Below, in pieces: positions 17,673 to 27,845 of a stretch of DNA of 64,000 bases. The first letter of the stretch is position 1. Each line of letters begins with the position of its first letter. Under the pieces are notes generated by a model, which did no database searches, had not been told where the DNA came from, and worked only from the letters and a program-made list of their open reading frames with translations. The position numbers and the translations under genes were made by a program. This stretch comes from an uncultured Gemmatimonadales bacterium (GTDB taxonomy: Bacteria > Gemmatimonadota > Gemmatimonadetes > Longimicrobiales > RSA9): assembly GCA_963816355.1 (NCBI GenBank), contig CAWFKH010000003.1, positions 1,216,001 to 1,280,000 of the forward strand, written 5' to 3'.

Positions 17673-20035
17673 CCGCCGTCGGGGACGGCGCGCCCCGCCG
17701 CCCGCGCGCCGGCCGGCTCCGGCGCGTCCGCCTTCCCTCCGCCGCCGGGCGCAGCGTTTCCGGTCGCGTGCCCGGAGCGCCGGCCGTCGCCGTCGGTGGG
17801 GGCGCTCGGATAGTCAATGCGCTGGTGGTACATCCCGGCCAGCACGGCGACGAAGGCGCCGTGAATCTCCGTCAGGTCGCGCAGCGTGAGAGGCGCCTCG
17901 TCGAGCTGTCTCTGGCGGATCTTGCTGCCGACGATGCGGTCGACCAGCTCGCCGATCCGTTCCGGCGTCGGATCCGGCAACACGCGCGCCGCGGACTCGA
18001 CTGAGTCGGCGAGCATCGCGATCGCCGTCTCCTTCGAGTGCGGGCGCGGACCCGGATAGGCGAACTGGCTCGGGTCGAGCTTCGCCGAGGGGTCCTGCTC
18101 ACGCGCGCGATCGTAGAAGAAGCTGATCGACTGGGTCCCGTGATGCTCGGCGATGAACTCCTTGATGCAGCGCGGCAGCTTGTGCTCGTCGGCGAGGCGC
18201 GAGCCTTCCTGCACGTGATTGCGCACGATCGCGGCCGAGCTCTGCGGCTTCAGCTTGTCGTGCGGATTGCGGCCGGGCGGCTGGTTCTCGATGAAGTACT
18301 GCGGCTTGCCCAGCTTTCCGACGTCGTGATAGTAGACGCCCACACGCGTGAGCAACGCGTTCGCGCCGATCGAGCGTGCCGCCGCTTCGGCGAGGTTCGC
18401 CACGCTCAACGAGTGCGAGAACGTGCCCGGCGCCTCGCGCGAAAGCCGCCGCAGCAGCGGATGGTTCAGATCCGACAGCTCCAGCAGGGTCTGGTCCGTC
18501 GTGATGCGGGTGAACGACTCGAAGAGCGGCAGCACCGCCATCGCGACCACGCCGCTGCCGATCGCGTTCAGCACGCCGTACGCCGCCGACCAGAGGATCT
18601 CCGTTCCGGTGTGCGAGCGCAGCAACCCGAGCGTCAGCGCCGCCGCGGCGTACGCGCCGGCGATGATCGAGACGAAGATCCACGTCTGCGCCCGCCGCCT
18701 CACGACGCGCACGCTCAACGACGCCGCGGCGCCGCCGAGCGCCATCGTGTACAGCACGGACACGCCGCCGAACGGCGCCTGCCCTCCGATCAGCAACGCG
18801 AGCACGAGGACCAGGTTGAGCGCCATGCGCCCGTCCCACAGCGCCGCCACCACGAGCGCCGGGAGCGCGATCGGGATCAGCTCGTCCGGCAACTCGTTGT
18901 GCCCCACGATCGCCGCAACCGCAAGCAGCGCCGCGATCAGCGCGGCGATCGAGAGGACCTGGCGCAGATCCTCGTAGACGGGCGGGCGGAAGAAGTAGAG
19001 GAGCAGGCCGAACACGCCGAGGAGGAGCAGGTCGAACAGGAAGCCGCCGATCGCGCGCAGACCGCCCATGCCGCCGCCGAGTTGCCCGAGCGAGGCGAGG
19101 TAGTCCCGGTAGGCGCGCAGGCGCTCCAGCTCCGCATCCCGCACCTGCTCGTGGGCGCCGATGATCCGCTCCCCGTTCATCACCTCGCCCTTGATCGTCG
19201 GCACCGCGTTGCGAGCGCGCTGCCGCGCCTCCTCCGTCGCCTCCGCATTCAGGCGGAGTGTCGGCGTGAAGAAGCGGATCAGGACCAGCCGCTGCAGCTC
19301 CGAGAGCTCCGTCGGCGCCTGCGACGGCAGGTACGCCGAGGCACGGTTGAACAGGTCCGCCTGTGTCAGGATCGAGTCCCGCGACATCAGCACGTCGCGC
19401 TCCCCCTGACGGATGCGGAGCTGCTGCGCACCGCTCGCGTCCAGGTCCGACGTCGAAGCGATCCCGCGCGGCAGCTCCGTCTCGACGGCGCGGTCGAGGG
19501 AACGCCGCAGCAGGCGGCGGTTCTCCGTTGACCGCAGCGCCCGCACCGCCGCGTCGGTCACGCGGAATCCGCTCGCCTGCAGCACCGCGCGGAGCGCGAT
19601 GTCGACGGAGTCCGGGCTGCGCGCGGCGGTCGCCGCCGAGTCGAGGCCGGCCATGAAGCCGTTGACGCGGTTGAGCACGGCGTCGACGACGTCGCCCTGG
19701 TATTCGAAGTACGGCGGCACTCCCGCCGTCGCCTCCTCCTGCTCCTGGTGGAGCTCGGTCTCGCTCTTGTAGATCGGGAAGGCGACCTTGGCGATGATGT
19801 CCTTGTCGGACACCATCCCCTTCTCGAGCACGGGGAAGTCCGGGACCGGCACGACCGGGAAGAGGAGGTGCACCGCGAAGGCGAGCACGATCAGCAGGAG
19901 CACGCGTGCGCCGTGGTGGACCACGGCGTCCGGCCAAGGCCGTTCCGGCGGGCCGCTCAGCAGCTGCCGGAATCGACGGAGTCCCGCCCCTTTCTCCAAC
20001 GCGTCAGCGCTCCCCGGCGTCCGTCGCCGCGGCAT
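17669..20035 (-). CDS. 7TM-HD family phosphohydrolase (PgpH/HDIG-like)
   Basis: Extracellular domain, ~7 TM helices, LLELSDLNHPLL, APGTFSHS, YYHDVGK, EHHGT, MLADSVE; conserved phoH-HD-ybeY order. Confidence 0.92.
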   Translation of the reverse strand: MPRRRTPGSADALEKGAGLRRFRQLLSGPPERPWPDAVVHHGARVLLLIVLAFAVHLLFPVVPVPDFPVLEKGMVSDKDIIAKVAFPIYKSETELHQEQEEATAGVPPYFEYQGDVVDAVLNRVNGFMAGLDSAATAARSPDSVDIALRAVLQASGFRVTDAAVRALRSTENRRLLRRSLDRAVETELPRGIASTSDLDASGAQQLRIRQGERDVLMSRDSILTQADLFNRASAYLPSQAPTELSELQRLVLIRFFTPTLRLNAEATEEARQRARNAVPTIKGEVMNGERIIGAHEQVRDAELERLRAYRDYLASLGQLGGGMGGLRAIGGFLFDLLLLGVFGLLLYFFRPPVYEDLRQVLSIAALIAALLAVAAIVGHNELPDELIPIALPALVVAALWDGRMALNLVLVLALLIGGQAPFGGVSVLYTMALGGAAASLSVRVVRRRAQTWIFVSIIAGAYAAAALTLGLLRSHTGTEILWSAAYGVLNAIGSGVVAMAVLPLFESFTRITTDQTLLELSDLNHPLLRRLSREAPGTFSHSLSVANLAEAAARSIGANALLTRVGVYYHDVGKLGKPQYFIENQPPGRNPHDKLKPQSSAAIVRNHVQEGSRLADEHKLPRCIKEFIAEHHGTQSISFFYDRAREQDPSAKLDPSQFAYPGPRPHSKETAIAMLADSVESAARVLPDPTPERIGELVDRIVGSKIRQRQLDEAPLTLRDLTEIHGAFVAVLAGMYHQRIDYPSAPTDGDGRRSGHATGNAAPGGGGKADAPEPAGARAAGRAVPDGG

Positions 20036-21020
20036 CCGCCTCCGCGTCGGCGTACGCTTTCAGGATGTCCTTCACCAGCCGATGCCGCACGACGTCGATC
20101 GCGTCCAGGTAGGTCACCTGGATTCCCTCGATTCCGGTGAGGATCCGCTCGACCTCGAGCAGGCCGGAGTCTTCCCGCCGCGGCAGGTCGATCTGCGTCT
20201 TGTCGCCCGTGATCACGACGCGCGAGTTCAGGCCGAGCCGCGTCAGGAACATCTTCATCTGCGCCGTCGTGGCGTTCTGCGCCTCGTCCAGGATCACGAA
20301 CGCGTCGGCGAGCGTGCGCCCGCGCATGTAGGCGAGCGGCGCGATCTCGATCATGCGCGACTCGAGCGCGCGGCGCATCCGGTCGAGCGGCATCATGTCT
20401 TCGAGGGCGTCGTAAAGAGGCCGCAGGTAGGGATCCACCTTCTCCTGGAGATCGCCCGGCAGGAAGCCGAGGTTCTCCCCCGCCTCGACGGCCGGGCGCG
20501 CCAGGATGATCCGCTTCACCCGGTTCTTGTGCAGCGCGTCCACCGCCATCGCCACCGCCAGGTACGTCTTTCCCGTACCCGCCGGCCCGATCGCGATCAC
20601 CACGTCGTGCTGCGCGATCGCCTCCACGTACTCCCGCTGCCCCGCCGACTTCGGCGCGATCACCTTGCGCGAGCCCGGGATGACAATGCGGCGCTCGTCC
20701 GCCCGCGCGCCCGCCTCGGCCGCCGCGTCGCCGTACGCCGCCGTGACGCCGCCCTCCGCGAGCGACGCTTCGAGCGAGCGTCGGATCTCCTCCGGGCGCA
20801 CCGCGCTGCCCATGCGCGCCAGCTCGATCATGCGGTGGGCCACCGGGATCGTCCGCTCCACGTCGGCCAGCTCGCCGGAAAGGATCAGGTCGTCGCCCCG
20901 CAGGATCACGCGGCACCCGGACAGGCGCGCCAGATCCTGCAGGTTCGAATCGTTCACGCCCGCGAGCAGCAGGTAGTCCGCGCCTTCCGCGGGCAGGCGA
21001 TGCTGGACCGTCGTCTCCAC
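20004..21020 (-). CDS. phoH: PhoH family ATPase
   Basis: GPAGTGKT, RPAVEAGENLGFLPGD, APLAYMRGRTL, ILDEAQN, VVRH. Confidence 0.95.
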   Translation of the reverse strand: METTVQHRLPAEGADYLLLAGVNDSNLQDLARLSGCRVILRGDDLILSGELADVERTIPVAHRMIELARMGSAVRPEEIRRSLEASLAEGGVTAAYGDAAAEAGARADERRIVIPGSRKVIAPKSAGQREYVEAIAQHDVVIAIGPAGTGKTYLAVAMAVDALHKNRVKRIILARPAVEAGENLGFLPGDLQEKVDPYLRPLYDALEDMMPLDRMRRALESRMIEIAPLAYMRGRTLADAFVILDEAQNATTAQMKMFLTRLGLNSRVVITGDKTQIDLPRREDSGLLEVERILTGIEGIQVTYLDAIDVVRHRLVKDILKAYADAEADAAATDAGER

Positions 21021-21027
21021 TCGATGC

Positions 21028-22917
21028 TCAGCTCCTGTTGTCGTTCACGACCGCGATGTGCAGCTCCCGCAGCTCCTCCGCGGACACCGGCGCCGGCGCC
21101 CCCTCGAAGAGGGCGCGCGCGGCCGTCGTCTTGGGAAAGGCGATCACGTCACGCAGGCTGCCCGCCCCCGCGAGCAGCATCACCAGCCGGTCGAACCCGA
21201 ACGCGAAGCCGCCGTGCGGCGGCGCGCCGTAGCGGAACGCCTCCAGCAGAAAGCCGAACTTCGCCTCCGCCTCCGCGGCCCCCAGCCCCAGCGCACGGAA
21301 GATCTGCCGCTGCAGCTCCGGCCGGTGGATGCGGATCGAGCCGCTCGCCATCTCGTTGCCGTTGTAGACCGCATCGTAGGCGCGCGAACGCAGTCCCGCG
21401 GCGAAGAGCGCCGCGCGGTCCACTTCCCGCTGATCGTCCGCGGTGAAGCGCAACAGCGCGTCGACGTCGTCCGCGTGCGGGGCGGTGAACGGGTGGTGCG
21501 CCGCGACGATCCGCTCCGCCTCGGCGTCCCAGTCGAAGAGCGGGAACTCCGTGATCCACGCCCACGCGTGCCGCCCCGCATCGCGCAGGCCCAGGCGCTG
21601 TGCCAGGTGGCGCCGCAGCGCGTCCAGCACCGCTTCCGCTCCACCCAGCCGGTGCGCGTCCGCCGCGCCCCCGTGGCTCTCCGGCACGCGCGTCAGCGTG
21701 CGGAAGCGACCGATCACCACGACGAACAGGTCCCCCTCCTGCAGCCCGCTCGCCTCGATGAAGCGTGCCTCGAGCTCGCCCACCAGCGCCCGGGCGAACG
21801 GCCCCACAAGACCGTCGGCCGTGCGTCGCAGCCACAGCGCGCCCGCGCCTCCCGCGCTCCGCGCGATCTCGTTCAGCTCGTCGAGCTCGCGGCGGCTGAG
21901 CGTCGCCCCGCCGGCTGCACGGATACCCCTGATGCGCTCCCCCGTGCCGGCGGTCGCCGCAAAGAGGCGGAAGTCGCTCCCCTGCAGCAACTCCGTCAGG
22001 TCCAGGAACTCCATGCCGACGCGCAGGTCCGGCTTGTCCGTGCCGTAGCGGTCCAGCGCCTCCGCGTACGTGAGGCGTTGGAACGGCGTCGCCAGCTCGA
22101 CGTCCAGAAGTTCCCGCCACAGCGCGGCGATCATGCGCTCGCCGACCGCGAAGATCTCCTCCTCGCCGGCGAAGGAGAGTTCCGCGTCGATCTGCGTGAA
22201 CTCCGGCTGCCGGTCCGCCCGCAGGTCCTCGTCCCTGAGGCAGCGCGCGATCTGGAAGTAGCGTTCGTAGCCGGCGACCATCAGGAGCTGCTTGTAGAGC
22301 TGCGGCGACTGCGGCAGCGCATAGAACTCGCCGGCGTGCAGGCGGCTCGGCACCAGGTAGTCGCGCGCCCCCTCCGGCGTGCGCCGCGTCAGCATCGGCG
22401 TCTCGATCTCGAGGAATCCCTCCTCGGAGAGCGTGCGCCGTACCACCTGCTGCGCCCGGTGCCGGAGCGTGAGCGCGCGCTGCAGCTCCGGCCGCCGCAG
22501 GTCGAGGTAGCGGTAGCGCAGCCGCAGCTCTTCGGACGGAAGCTCCTCCTCCGGGTTGCGGGCGACGCCGATCGGCGGCGTCTCCGCGCGCGAGAGTACC
22601 TCCAGCTCCCGCACGTGCACCTCCACCTCGCCGGTCTCCATCGCCCGGTTCTCCTGCCCCGGCGGACGGCGCACCACCTCTCCCTCCAGCGACACGACCG
22701 TCTCGCTGCCGAGCGCGCCGGCCGACTCCAGCACCTCCGCCGGCGTCCAATCGGGGCCGAGGGAGAGCTGCACGCTTCCGCTGCGGTCCCGCAGCTCGAT
22801 GAAGAGGAGGCCGCCCAGGTCGCGGCGGCGGTGGACCCATCCCGCCAGGCGCACGTTTCGTCCGGCGTCGGAGCCGCGCAGCGTACCCGCGCCCGCGCTA
22901 CGATATCTGCTGTCCAC
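21028..22917 (-). CDS. aspS: Aspartate--tRNA ligase
   Basis: GWVHRRRDLGG, RLRYRYLDLRR, TPEGARDY, LPQSPQLYKQ, RDEDLRADRQPEFTQ, GAPPHGG, RDVIAFPK. Confidence 0.97.
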   Translation of the reverse strand: MDSRYRSAGAGTLRGSDAGRNVRLAGWVHRRRDLGGLLFIELRDRSGSVQLSLGPDWTPAEVLESAGALGSETVVSLEGEVVRRPPGQENRAMETGEVEVHVRELEVLSRAETPPIGVARNPEEELPSEELRLRYRYLDLRRPELQRALTLRHRAQQVVRRTLSEEGFLEIETPMLTRRTPEGARDYLVPSRLHAGEFYALPQSPQLYKQLLMVAGYERYFQIARCLRDEDLRADRQPEFTQIDAELSFAGEEEIFAVGERMIAALWRELLDVELATPFQRLTYAEALDRYGTDKPDLRVGMEFLDLTELLQGSDFRLFAATAGTGERIRGIRAAGGATLSRRELDELNEIARSAGGAGALWLRRTADGLVGPFARALVGELEARFIEASGLQEGDLFVVVIGRFRTLTRVPESHGGAADAHRLGGAEAVLDALRRHLAQRLGLRDAGRHAWAWITEFPLFDWDAEAERIVAAHHPFTAPHADDVDALLRFTADDQREVDRAALFAAGLRSRAYDAVYNGNEMASGSIRIHRPELQRQIFRALGLGAAEAEAKFGFLLEAFRYGAPPHGGFAFGFDRLVMLLAGAGSLRDVIAFPKTTAARALFEGAPAPVSAEELRELHIAVVNDNRS

Positions 22918-22995
22918 GGGGATCCCCGTTGCGAGTCTCGGTCGAAAGCGGGCGAGACGCGCGGACGACGACGCCGTCCGCGCGGTCGGCGAGCG

Positions 22996-23454
22996 TCACG
23001 CGGCCTCGGCCTCTCGCAGCACGCGGAGGAAGTCGTCCGCGTCGCGGGCGGCGGCGAGCCGATCGCGCACCGCCTCCTTGCGCACGAGGCGCGAGATCCG
23101 GCTCAGCGCCTTGATGTGGGGACCGGCCGCCGATTCCGGGCCGACGAGGAGGAAGAGCAACTCCACCGGCCGGCCGTCGAGGGCGTCGAAGTCGACCGGT
23201 GTCGCCGTGCACCCCGCGGCGAGGCGAAGCTCCGGGACCGCCGCCGACTTCCCGTGCGGGATCGCGACGCCATGCCCGATGCCGGTCGACAGCACCGCCT
23301 CGCGCTCGCGCACGGCGCGCAGAATGTCCGCGCCGTCCGCCTCGCGTTCTGAAGGCGCGACCAGCGCGACCAGCTCGCGCAGGATCTCGTCCTTCGACTT
23401 CGCCTCGAGCGGAATCTTGATCCGCTCCGGGGTCAACAGCTCGGTCAGGAGCAA
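22996..23454 (-). CDS. PTS EIIA domain protein (PtsN/fructose-type)
   Basis: ERE..LSTGIGHGVAIPHG, VDFDALDGRPV, H(I)KALSRIS. Confidence 0.92.
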   Translation of the reverse strand: MLLTELLTPERIKIPLEAKSKDEILRELVALVAPSEREADGADILRAVREREAVLSTGIGHGVAIPHGKSAAVPELRLAAGCTATPVDFDALDGRPVELLFLLVGPESAAGPHIKALSRISRLVRKEAVRDRLAAARDADDFLRVLREAEAA

Positions 23455-23551
23455 ACGGGCGCCTCGGCAGACGGTGCGGCGAGGTTACGGAAATGCCGAA
23501 TTCGGCCTAAATTAACCGACTCCGACTAGGGCATCAAGCGGCCGAGGAACT

Positions 23552-24436
23552 ATGCAGAAGAGAATCGTCGCGCTGCTGGGCGCGCTCGCCCTCACGACGC
23601 TCGCGGCGCCGGGCGCCGCGCGCGCCCAACGGCTGCTCGACTGGCCGATCCGCGTCACCGCCGGGGCCGAGGCGCTCGGCCGCGGCGCCGCCGCCGCGTT
23701 CTGGAATCCGGCGGCCGCCAGCCTGCCCGGCAGCCGCGCCCAGGCGTTCGTGATGGACATGCAGGGGTTCCGCGACAGCGGCCTGAGCGGCGTGGCGGTC
23801 GCCGGCGCGATCGACCTGAACGGCGACCTCGCGCTCGCCGCGGGGTACGCGCACCTCGGCCTCGGCCCCATTCCGCTCACGTCGACGTCGCCCGCCGACG
23901 ACCTCGGCGAAGCCGACGTCGCCGAGGACCTCTTCGCGATCGCCGCCGCGCGGGACCTCGGCTCCGGCCTCAGGGTAGGTGTGGCCGCGCAGTACTCGCG
24001 CGGCAATGGCACGCTCGAGCACCGGAGCGACGAGGCGCTCGGCGCCGGCCTCCATTTCGCGCCGGCAATGCGCCTCGAGCCCGTGATCGGCGCCAGCATC
24101 CTCAGCCGCGGCGGCGCCTCCGAGTGGCTCCTCGGCGCCGGGCTCGACCGCCTCGCCGAGCCGGTCGACGGCCTGAAGATCGGCGCCTCGTGGGGCGGCT
24201 CCGGTGGCCACGGCCGCAGCGGTTTCGCCCAGCGCGCCGCCGTCACGGCGCGCTGGCGCGACGTCCTCGGCGGCGCGATCGGCGCCGCCGCCGAGCCCGG
24301 CTCCGACGGCACCCGTGTCGAGCCGATCCTCGGCGCCGATCTGCAACTGGGACGCTACCGGCTCGCGGTCCTCCGCGAGTCGATCGTGAACGGATTCGGC
24401 GCCGCGTACTACTACCAGCTGCACGTGCTCTTCTGA
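23552..24436 (+). CDS. Secreted, probable outer-membrane beta-barrel protein (PorV/FadL-like)
   Basis: Signal peptide; GAEALGRGAAAAFWNPA resembles the PorV/FadL N-terminal motif; alternating beta-strand pattern; C-terminal YYYQLHVLF. Confidence 0.6.
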   Translation: MQKRIVALLGALALTTLAAPGAARAQRLLDWPIRVTAGAEALGRGAAAAFWNPAAASLPGSRAQAFVMDMQGFRDSGLSGVAVAGAIDLNGDLALAAGYAHLGLGPIPLTSTSPADDLGEADVAEDLFAIAAARDLGSGLRVGVAAQYSRGNGTLEHRSDEALGAGLHFAPAMRLEPVIGASILSRGGASEWLLGAGLDRLAEPVDGLKIGASWGGSGGHGRSGFAQRAAVTARWRDVLGGAIGAAAEPGSDGTRVEPILGADLQLGRYRLAVLRESIVNGFGAAYYYQLHVLF

Positions 24437-24498
24437 CAGCGGCGCCACGCTCCGCCGGCCTCGCGGTCGGGGCCGTCGGCGCCCCGGAACGGAGTCGG

Positions 24499-25602
24499 AT
24501 GGAAGCGAAGCCGGACCTCCTGAGCCTGCCGCGCGACGACGCGGCCGACCGCCTGCACGCGCACTTCACGGCGCGCGGACTGCGGCCGTTCCGCGTCCGC
24601 CAGACACTCGCCTGGATCTACGAGCGCGACGCCCTCGCCTTCGACGAAATGACCGACCTTCCCGTCGTGGAGCGCGACGCCCTCGCCGCGCGCTTCGACC
24701 TCGCGTCTCCCGCCGTGGCCCGCCTCTCCACCTCCGAAGACGGCACCGCGAAGCACCTGTGGCGGATGGCCGACGACGAGCTCGTCGAGTCCGTCCTCAT
24801 CCCCGTCGGAGATCGGCTCACGCTCTGCCTCTCCTCGCAGGCTGGCTGCGCGATGGCGTGCGTCTTCTGCGCCACCGGCTGGTCCGGCTACCGGCGGCAG
24901 CTCACGACCGGCGAGATCCTCGCGCAGTTCCGCGGCGCGCGCCGCTGGGCCGCCGAGAACGCGCGCGGCGCCATCGACAACATCGTCTTCATGGGAATGG
25001 GGGAGCCGCTGCAGAACCCGGCGGCCGTGTTCCCCGCCCTCACCCTGCTCAACCACGCCTACGGCTTCGGCGCGCGCCGCGTGACGGTCTCCACGGTGGG
25101 GATCGTCCCGGGGATCCTCGAGCTCGCCCGCCGCCCCGAGCAATTCCGCCTCGCCGTCTCGCTGCACGCGCCGAACCACGAGCTGCGCGAGCGCATCGTG
25201 CCCGTCGAGCGGAAGTACCCGATCCCGGAGCTGATGCGGGCGCTGCGGACGTTCGAGGACGCAGGCGGCCGGCGCATCACCTTCGAATATGTGATGATCG
25301 ACGGCGTGAACGACGCGCTGCCGCTCGCGGCGGAGCTGGCCGGCCTGGTGGGCGGCCTCTCGGCCCACGTCAACCTCATCCCCTACAACCCGATTCCGGG
25401 GCCCGCATGGCGCCCCTCGCCGCCGCGAAGGCTGCGCGAGTTCCGCGCGGCGCTCGAGGCGCGCGGCGTCAACGCCACCATCCGCCAGCCGCGCGGCCGC
25501 GACATCGCCGCCGCGTGTGGCCAGCTCCGAGCCGAGCACGAGATGCGCGCTCCGAAACCGTTCGTCCGCCTCGCCGCGGCCGGCGATCAGCGCCTCGGAT
25601 AG
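24499..25602 (+). CDS. rlmN: Dual-specificity RNA methyltransferase RlmN (radical SAM)
   Basis: CLSSQAGCAMACVFCATG, NIVFMGMGEP, SLHAPN, FEYVM, NLIPYN, DIAAACGQL. Confidence 0.95.
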   Translation: MEAKPDLLSLPRDDAADRLHAHFTARGLRPFRVRQTLAWIYERDALAFDEMTDLPVVERDALAARFDLASPAVARLSTSEDGTAKHLWRMADDELVESVLIPVGDRLTLCLSSQAGCAMACVFCATGWSGYRRQLTTGEILAQFRGARRWAAENARGAIDNIVFMGMGEPLQNPAAVFPALTLLNHAYGFGARRVTVSTVGIVPGILELARRPEQFRLAVSLHAPNHELRERIVPVERKYPIPELMRALRTFEDAGGRRITFEYVMIDGVNDALPLAAELAGLVGGLSAHVNLIPYNPIPGPAWRPSPPRRLREFRAALEARGVNATIRQPRGRDIAAACGQLRAEHEMRAPKPFVRLAAAGDQRLG

Positions 25603-26027
25603 TCCTTTCCCAGCACCACCGACACCGCCACCAGCAGCGTCGTATCTTCCCGCTGCGTCACCGTGGCGATGCCGAGGGCGTCCGCGACGTGCCGCGCCGC
25701 CAGCGTGTCCGCGCCGCGCGCGTAGACGACCGACGCGTCCACGCCGCGCGCGCCCGCGTTGCCGTAGTAGACGACGTCGAAGCCGCGCGCGCGCAGCAGC
25801 TCCGTCACGTCCCGCGCGAGGCCGCCGCGGCCGGTGCCGTTCAGCACCTCGACGGCGGCCCGCTCCTCGGCCCGCACCGCGCTCGGATCGAAGCTCATCG
25901 GCGGCGGCGTAGCCGCGGGCGGCGGCGGCGCCCCGCCGCCACGCGGCCAGAGCGCCGCCGCCGCGCCGGCGGCGAGCACGGCCACCGCCGCCGCGGCCGC
26001 GAACCGCCGACGTCGGCGCCGCTTCAC
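25587..26027 (-). CDS. LytR C-terminal domain membrane-anchored protein
   Basis: Basic N-terminus plus TM helix; VEVLNGTGRGGLA...L..RGF.V...GNA and VVLGKDY; GTGA overlap with upstream gene. Confidence 0.85.
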   Translation of the reverse strand: MKRRRRRRFAAAAAVAVLAAGAAAALWPRGGGAPPPPAATPPPMSFDPSAVRAEERAAVEVLNGTGRGGLARDVTELLRARGFDVVYYGNAGARGVDASVVYARGADTLAARHVADALGIATVTQREDTTLLVAVSVVLGKDYPRR

Positions 26028-26608
26028 GGCGCACGCTCCGCGACCAGCCGGTTCCAGAACGCCACCGTCTCCGATCTCACGAGCGCGCCCCGATCGAGGC
26101 GATGCCGGATGCGCAGCGAGACGACGTCGGCCGCGACCGCGTCCAGATCGGCCGGCATGCGCGCACGCAGACGCGCGAGCGGGAGCGGCGCGAAGGTGCG
26201 GCCCGGCTCCACGAAGTCCGCCACGTAGAGCGCGCGCCCCAGCGGGTCCAGGTCGGGACTGCCGATCGTGTGGTAGGCGACCGCCGCGAGGATCGCGGCA
26301 TCGGCGACGCCGTCGCGCCGCAGCAGCTCCGCGGCGGCGGGACCGTGGAGGAGCGGCGCCGCCGCGTCGCGGAGCGACGCCGGCACCAGCGGGCGCAGCG
26401 ATTCCGGCTCCGCGTCGCGGAGGGCGTCGTGCAGCCACGCGGCGGCGCGCCAGCGGGCCCGCTCCGGAGCGCTCCCGCCGCGCGTCGCGCACCACCCGTC
26501 CATCAGCGCCGCCACACGCGCGATGTGCGCGCGACGGCGCTCCGAGGCGCGCGCCCACGCGGGCAGCCCGCCCGCGGCCGCGCGCTCAATCGTAGCCGCG
26601 CCGGACAT
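26024..26608 (-). CDS. yqeK: HD-domain hydrolase, YqeK-like (Ap4A hydrolase family)
   Basis: AHIARVA, WLHD, LLHGPAAA, AVAYHTIG, LYVADFVEPGR. Confidence 0.8.
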   Translation of the reverse strand: MSGAATIERAAAGGLPAWARASERRRAHIARVAALMDGWCATRGGSAPERARWRAAAWLHDALRDAEPESLRPLVPASLRDAAAPLLHGPAAAELLRRDGVADAAILAAVAYHTIGSPDLDPLGRALYVADFVEPGRTFAPLPLARLRARMPADLDAVAADVVSLRIRHRLDRGALVRSETVAFWNRLVAERAP

Positions 26609-27440
26609 ACGGCTCGAGGACCGCATGGTTGCGGATCGTCGTGTTGACGAGATAATTCCACCCCTTCAGCTCGACTCCGCTGCCGATCTGTGAATCGACG
26701 ATCCGGCACGCCGGCCCGATCACCGTCTCGGACCCGATCGTCGTCCCTCCCTCCAGGATGCATCCGGGGTAGATCACCGAATCCGGGCCCACGCGGACGT
26801 CCACGTCGACCACCACGCTGTCCGGATCGAGGAACGTGGCGCCTCCGCGCATGAGCGCCGCGGTGAGACGCCGCTGGATCATCCCGGCGGCGCGCGCGAG
26901 GCCCGCGCGGTTCCGTACCAGGAAGACGTCGTCGCCCGCCGCCGCGAAACCCTCGCCGCCGTCTCTTTCGGCCGTGGCGACGAGGCTCTCCAGGTCCGGC
27001 GCCCGGCCGGCGATCTCGAGAAACGCGTCACGGCCGAGCCACGCGGCGACGGGCGAGCCGTCCGGCGCCCGCAGCGCCCGGCCCACCGGATCCTCCAGCA
27101 GCCGGTTCAGCGATCCGTCCAGCGCGGCCGCCGCCGCATCGACCACGAGCACCGCCTCCGTCGACGGGTGCAGGCGCTCCACGACCCGATTCCCCCACGG
27201 CACGCCGCGCGCAGGGACGATCATGTCCGCGCGCAGGTCGTCGAGCCCTCCCGCGAGCGACGCATCGCCGGTGACGAGCAGGAGTTGGCGGGGGCGGCGT
27301 CCGGGCGCGCCGAGGCTGTGAAGGACGTGCCACACGAGACTGCGGCCCGCCAGCGGATGGAGGTAGGTCGACAGGCGGGATTTCAGCGCGTCGTCATCCG
27401 GACGCCGGAGCGCGAGGGCGATCCCGGTCCAGCGCGGCAT
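26586..27440 (-). CDS. Degenerate, shortened GlmU-like protein (NTP-transferase fold plus short hexapeptide-repeat tail)
   Basis: KSRLSTYLHPLAGRSLVWHVL and LMRGGATFLDPDSVVVDVDVRVGPDSVIYPGCILEGGTTIG match GlmU; lacks the LAAGxGTRM motif; ends at 284 aa. Confidence 0.75.
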   Translation of the reverse strand: MPRWTGIALALRRPDDDALKSRLSTYLHPLAGRSLVWHVLHSLGAPGRRPRQLLLVTGDASLAGGLDDLRADMIVPARGVPWGNRVVERLHPSTEAVLVVDAAAAALDGSLNRLLEDPVGRALRAPDGSPVAAWLGRDAFLEIAGRAPDLESLVATAERDGGEGFAAAGDDVFLVRNRAGLARAAGMIQRRLTAALMRGGATFLDPDSVVVDVDVRVGPDSVIYPGCILEGGTTIGSETVIGPACRIVDSQIGSGVELKGWNYLVNTTIRNHAVLEPYVRRGYD

Positions 27441-27446
27441 CGACGT

Positions 27447-27845
27447 TCAGGCACCTTCCACGCGAAGCCGCCCGCGGCCCGACGCATCGCCGTCGGTTGG
27501 ATGCGGCCGGTTCGCGGAGTCCACGTGTACGATGCGCGGCTCGAATCCCTCCAGCTCCGCCTCAGCGTAGCTCGCGTAGCTGATGATGATGACGACGTCG
27601 CCCCGCTGGACGAGTCGCGCCGCCGCGCCGTTCACCACCACGTCGCCGGCTCCGCGTGCGCCACGGATCGCGTACGTCTCGAAGCGGGCGCCGTTGCTCA
27701 CGTCCACCACCTGCACCTTCTCGAACTCCCGCAGGTCCGCCGCATCCATCAGGGCCGCGTCGATCGTGATCGAGCCTTCGTAGTCGAGGTTCGCGTCAGT
27801 CACCGTGGCACGGTGGATCTTCGACTTGCACATCTCGCGGTTCAT
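27447..27845 (-). CDS. panD: Aspartate 1-decarboxylase
   Basis: KSKIHRATVT.ANL.YEGSITID (G-S cleavage site), NGARFETY, NGAAAR. Confidence 0.97.
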   Translation of the reverse strand: MNREMCKSKIHRATVTDANLDYEGSITIDAALMDAADLREFEKVQVVDVSNGARFETYAIRGARGAGDVVVNGAAARLVQRGDVVIIISYASYAEAELEGFEPRIVHVDSANRPHPTDGDASGRGRLRVEGA

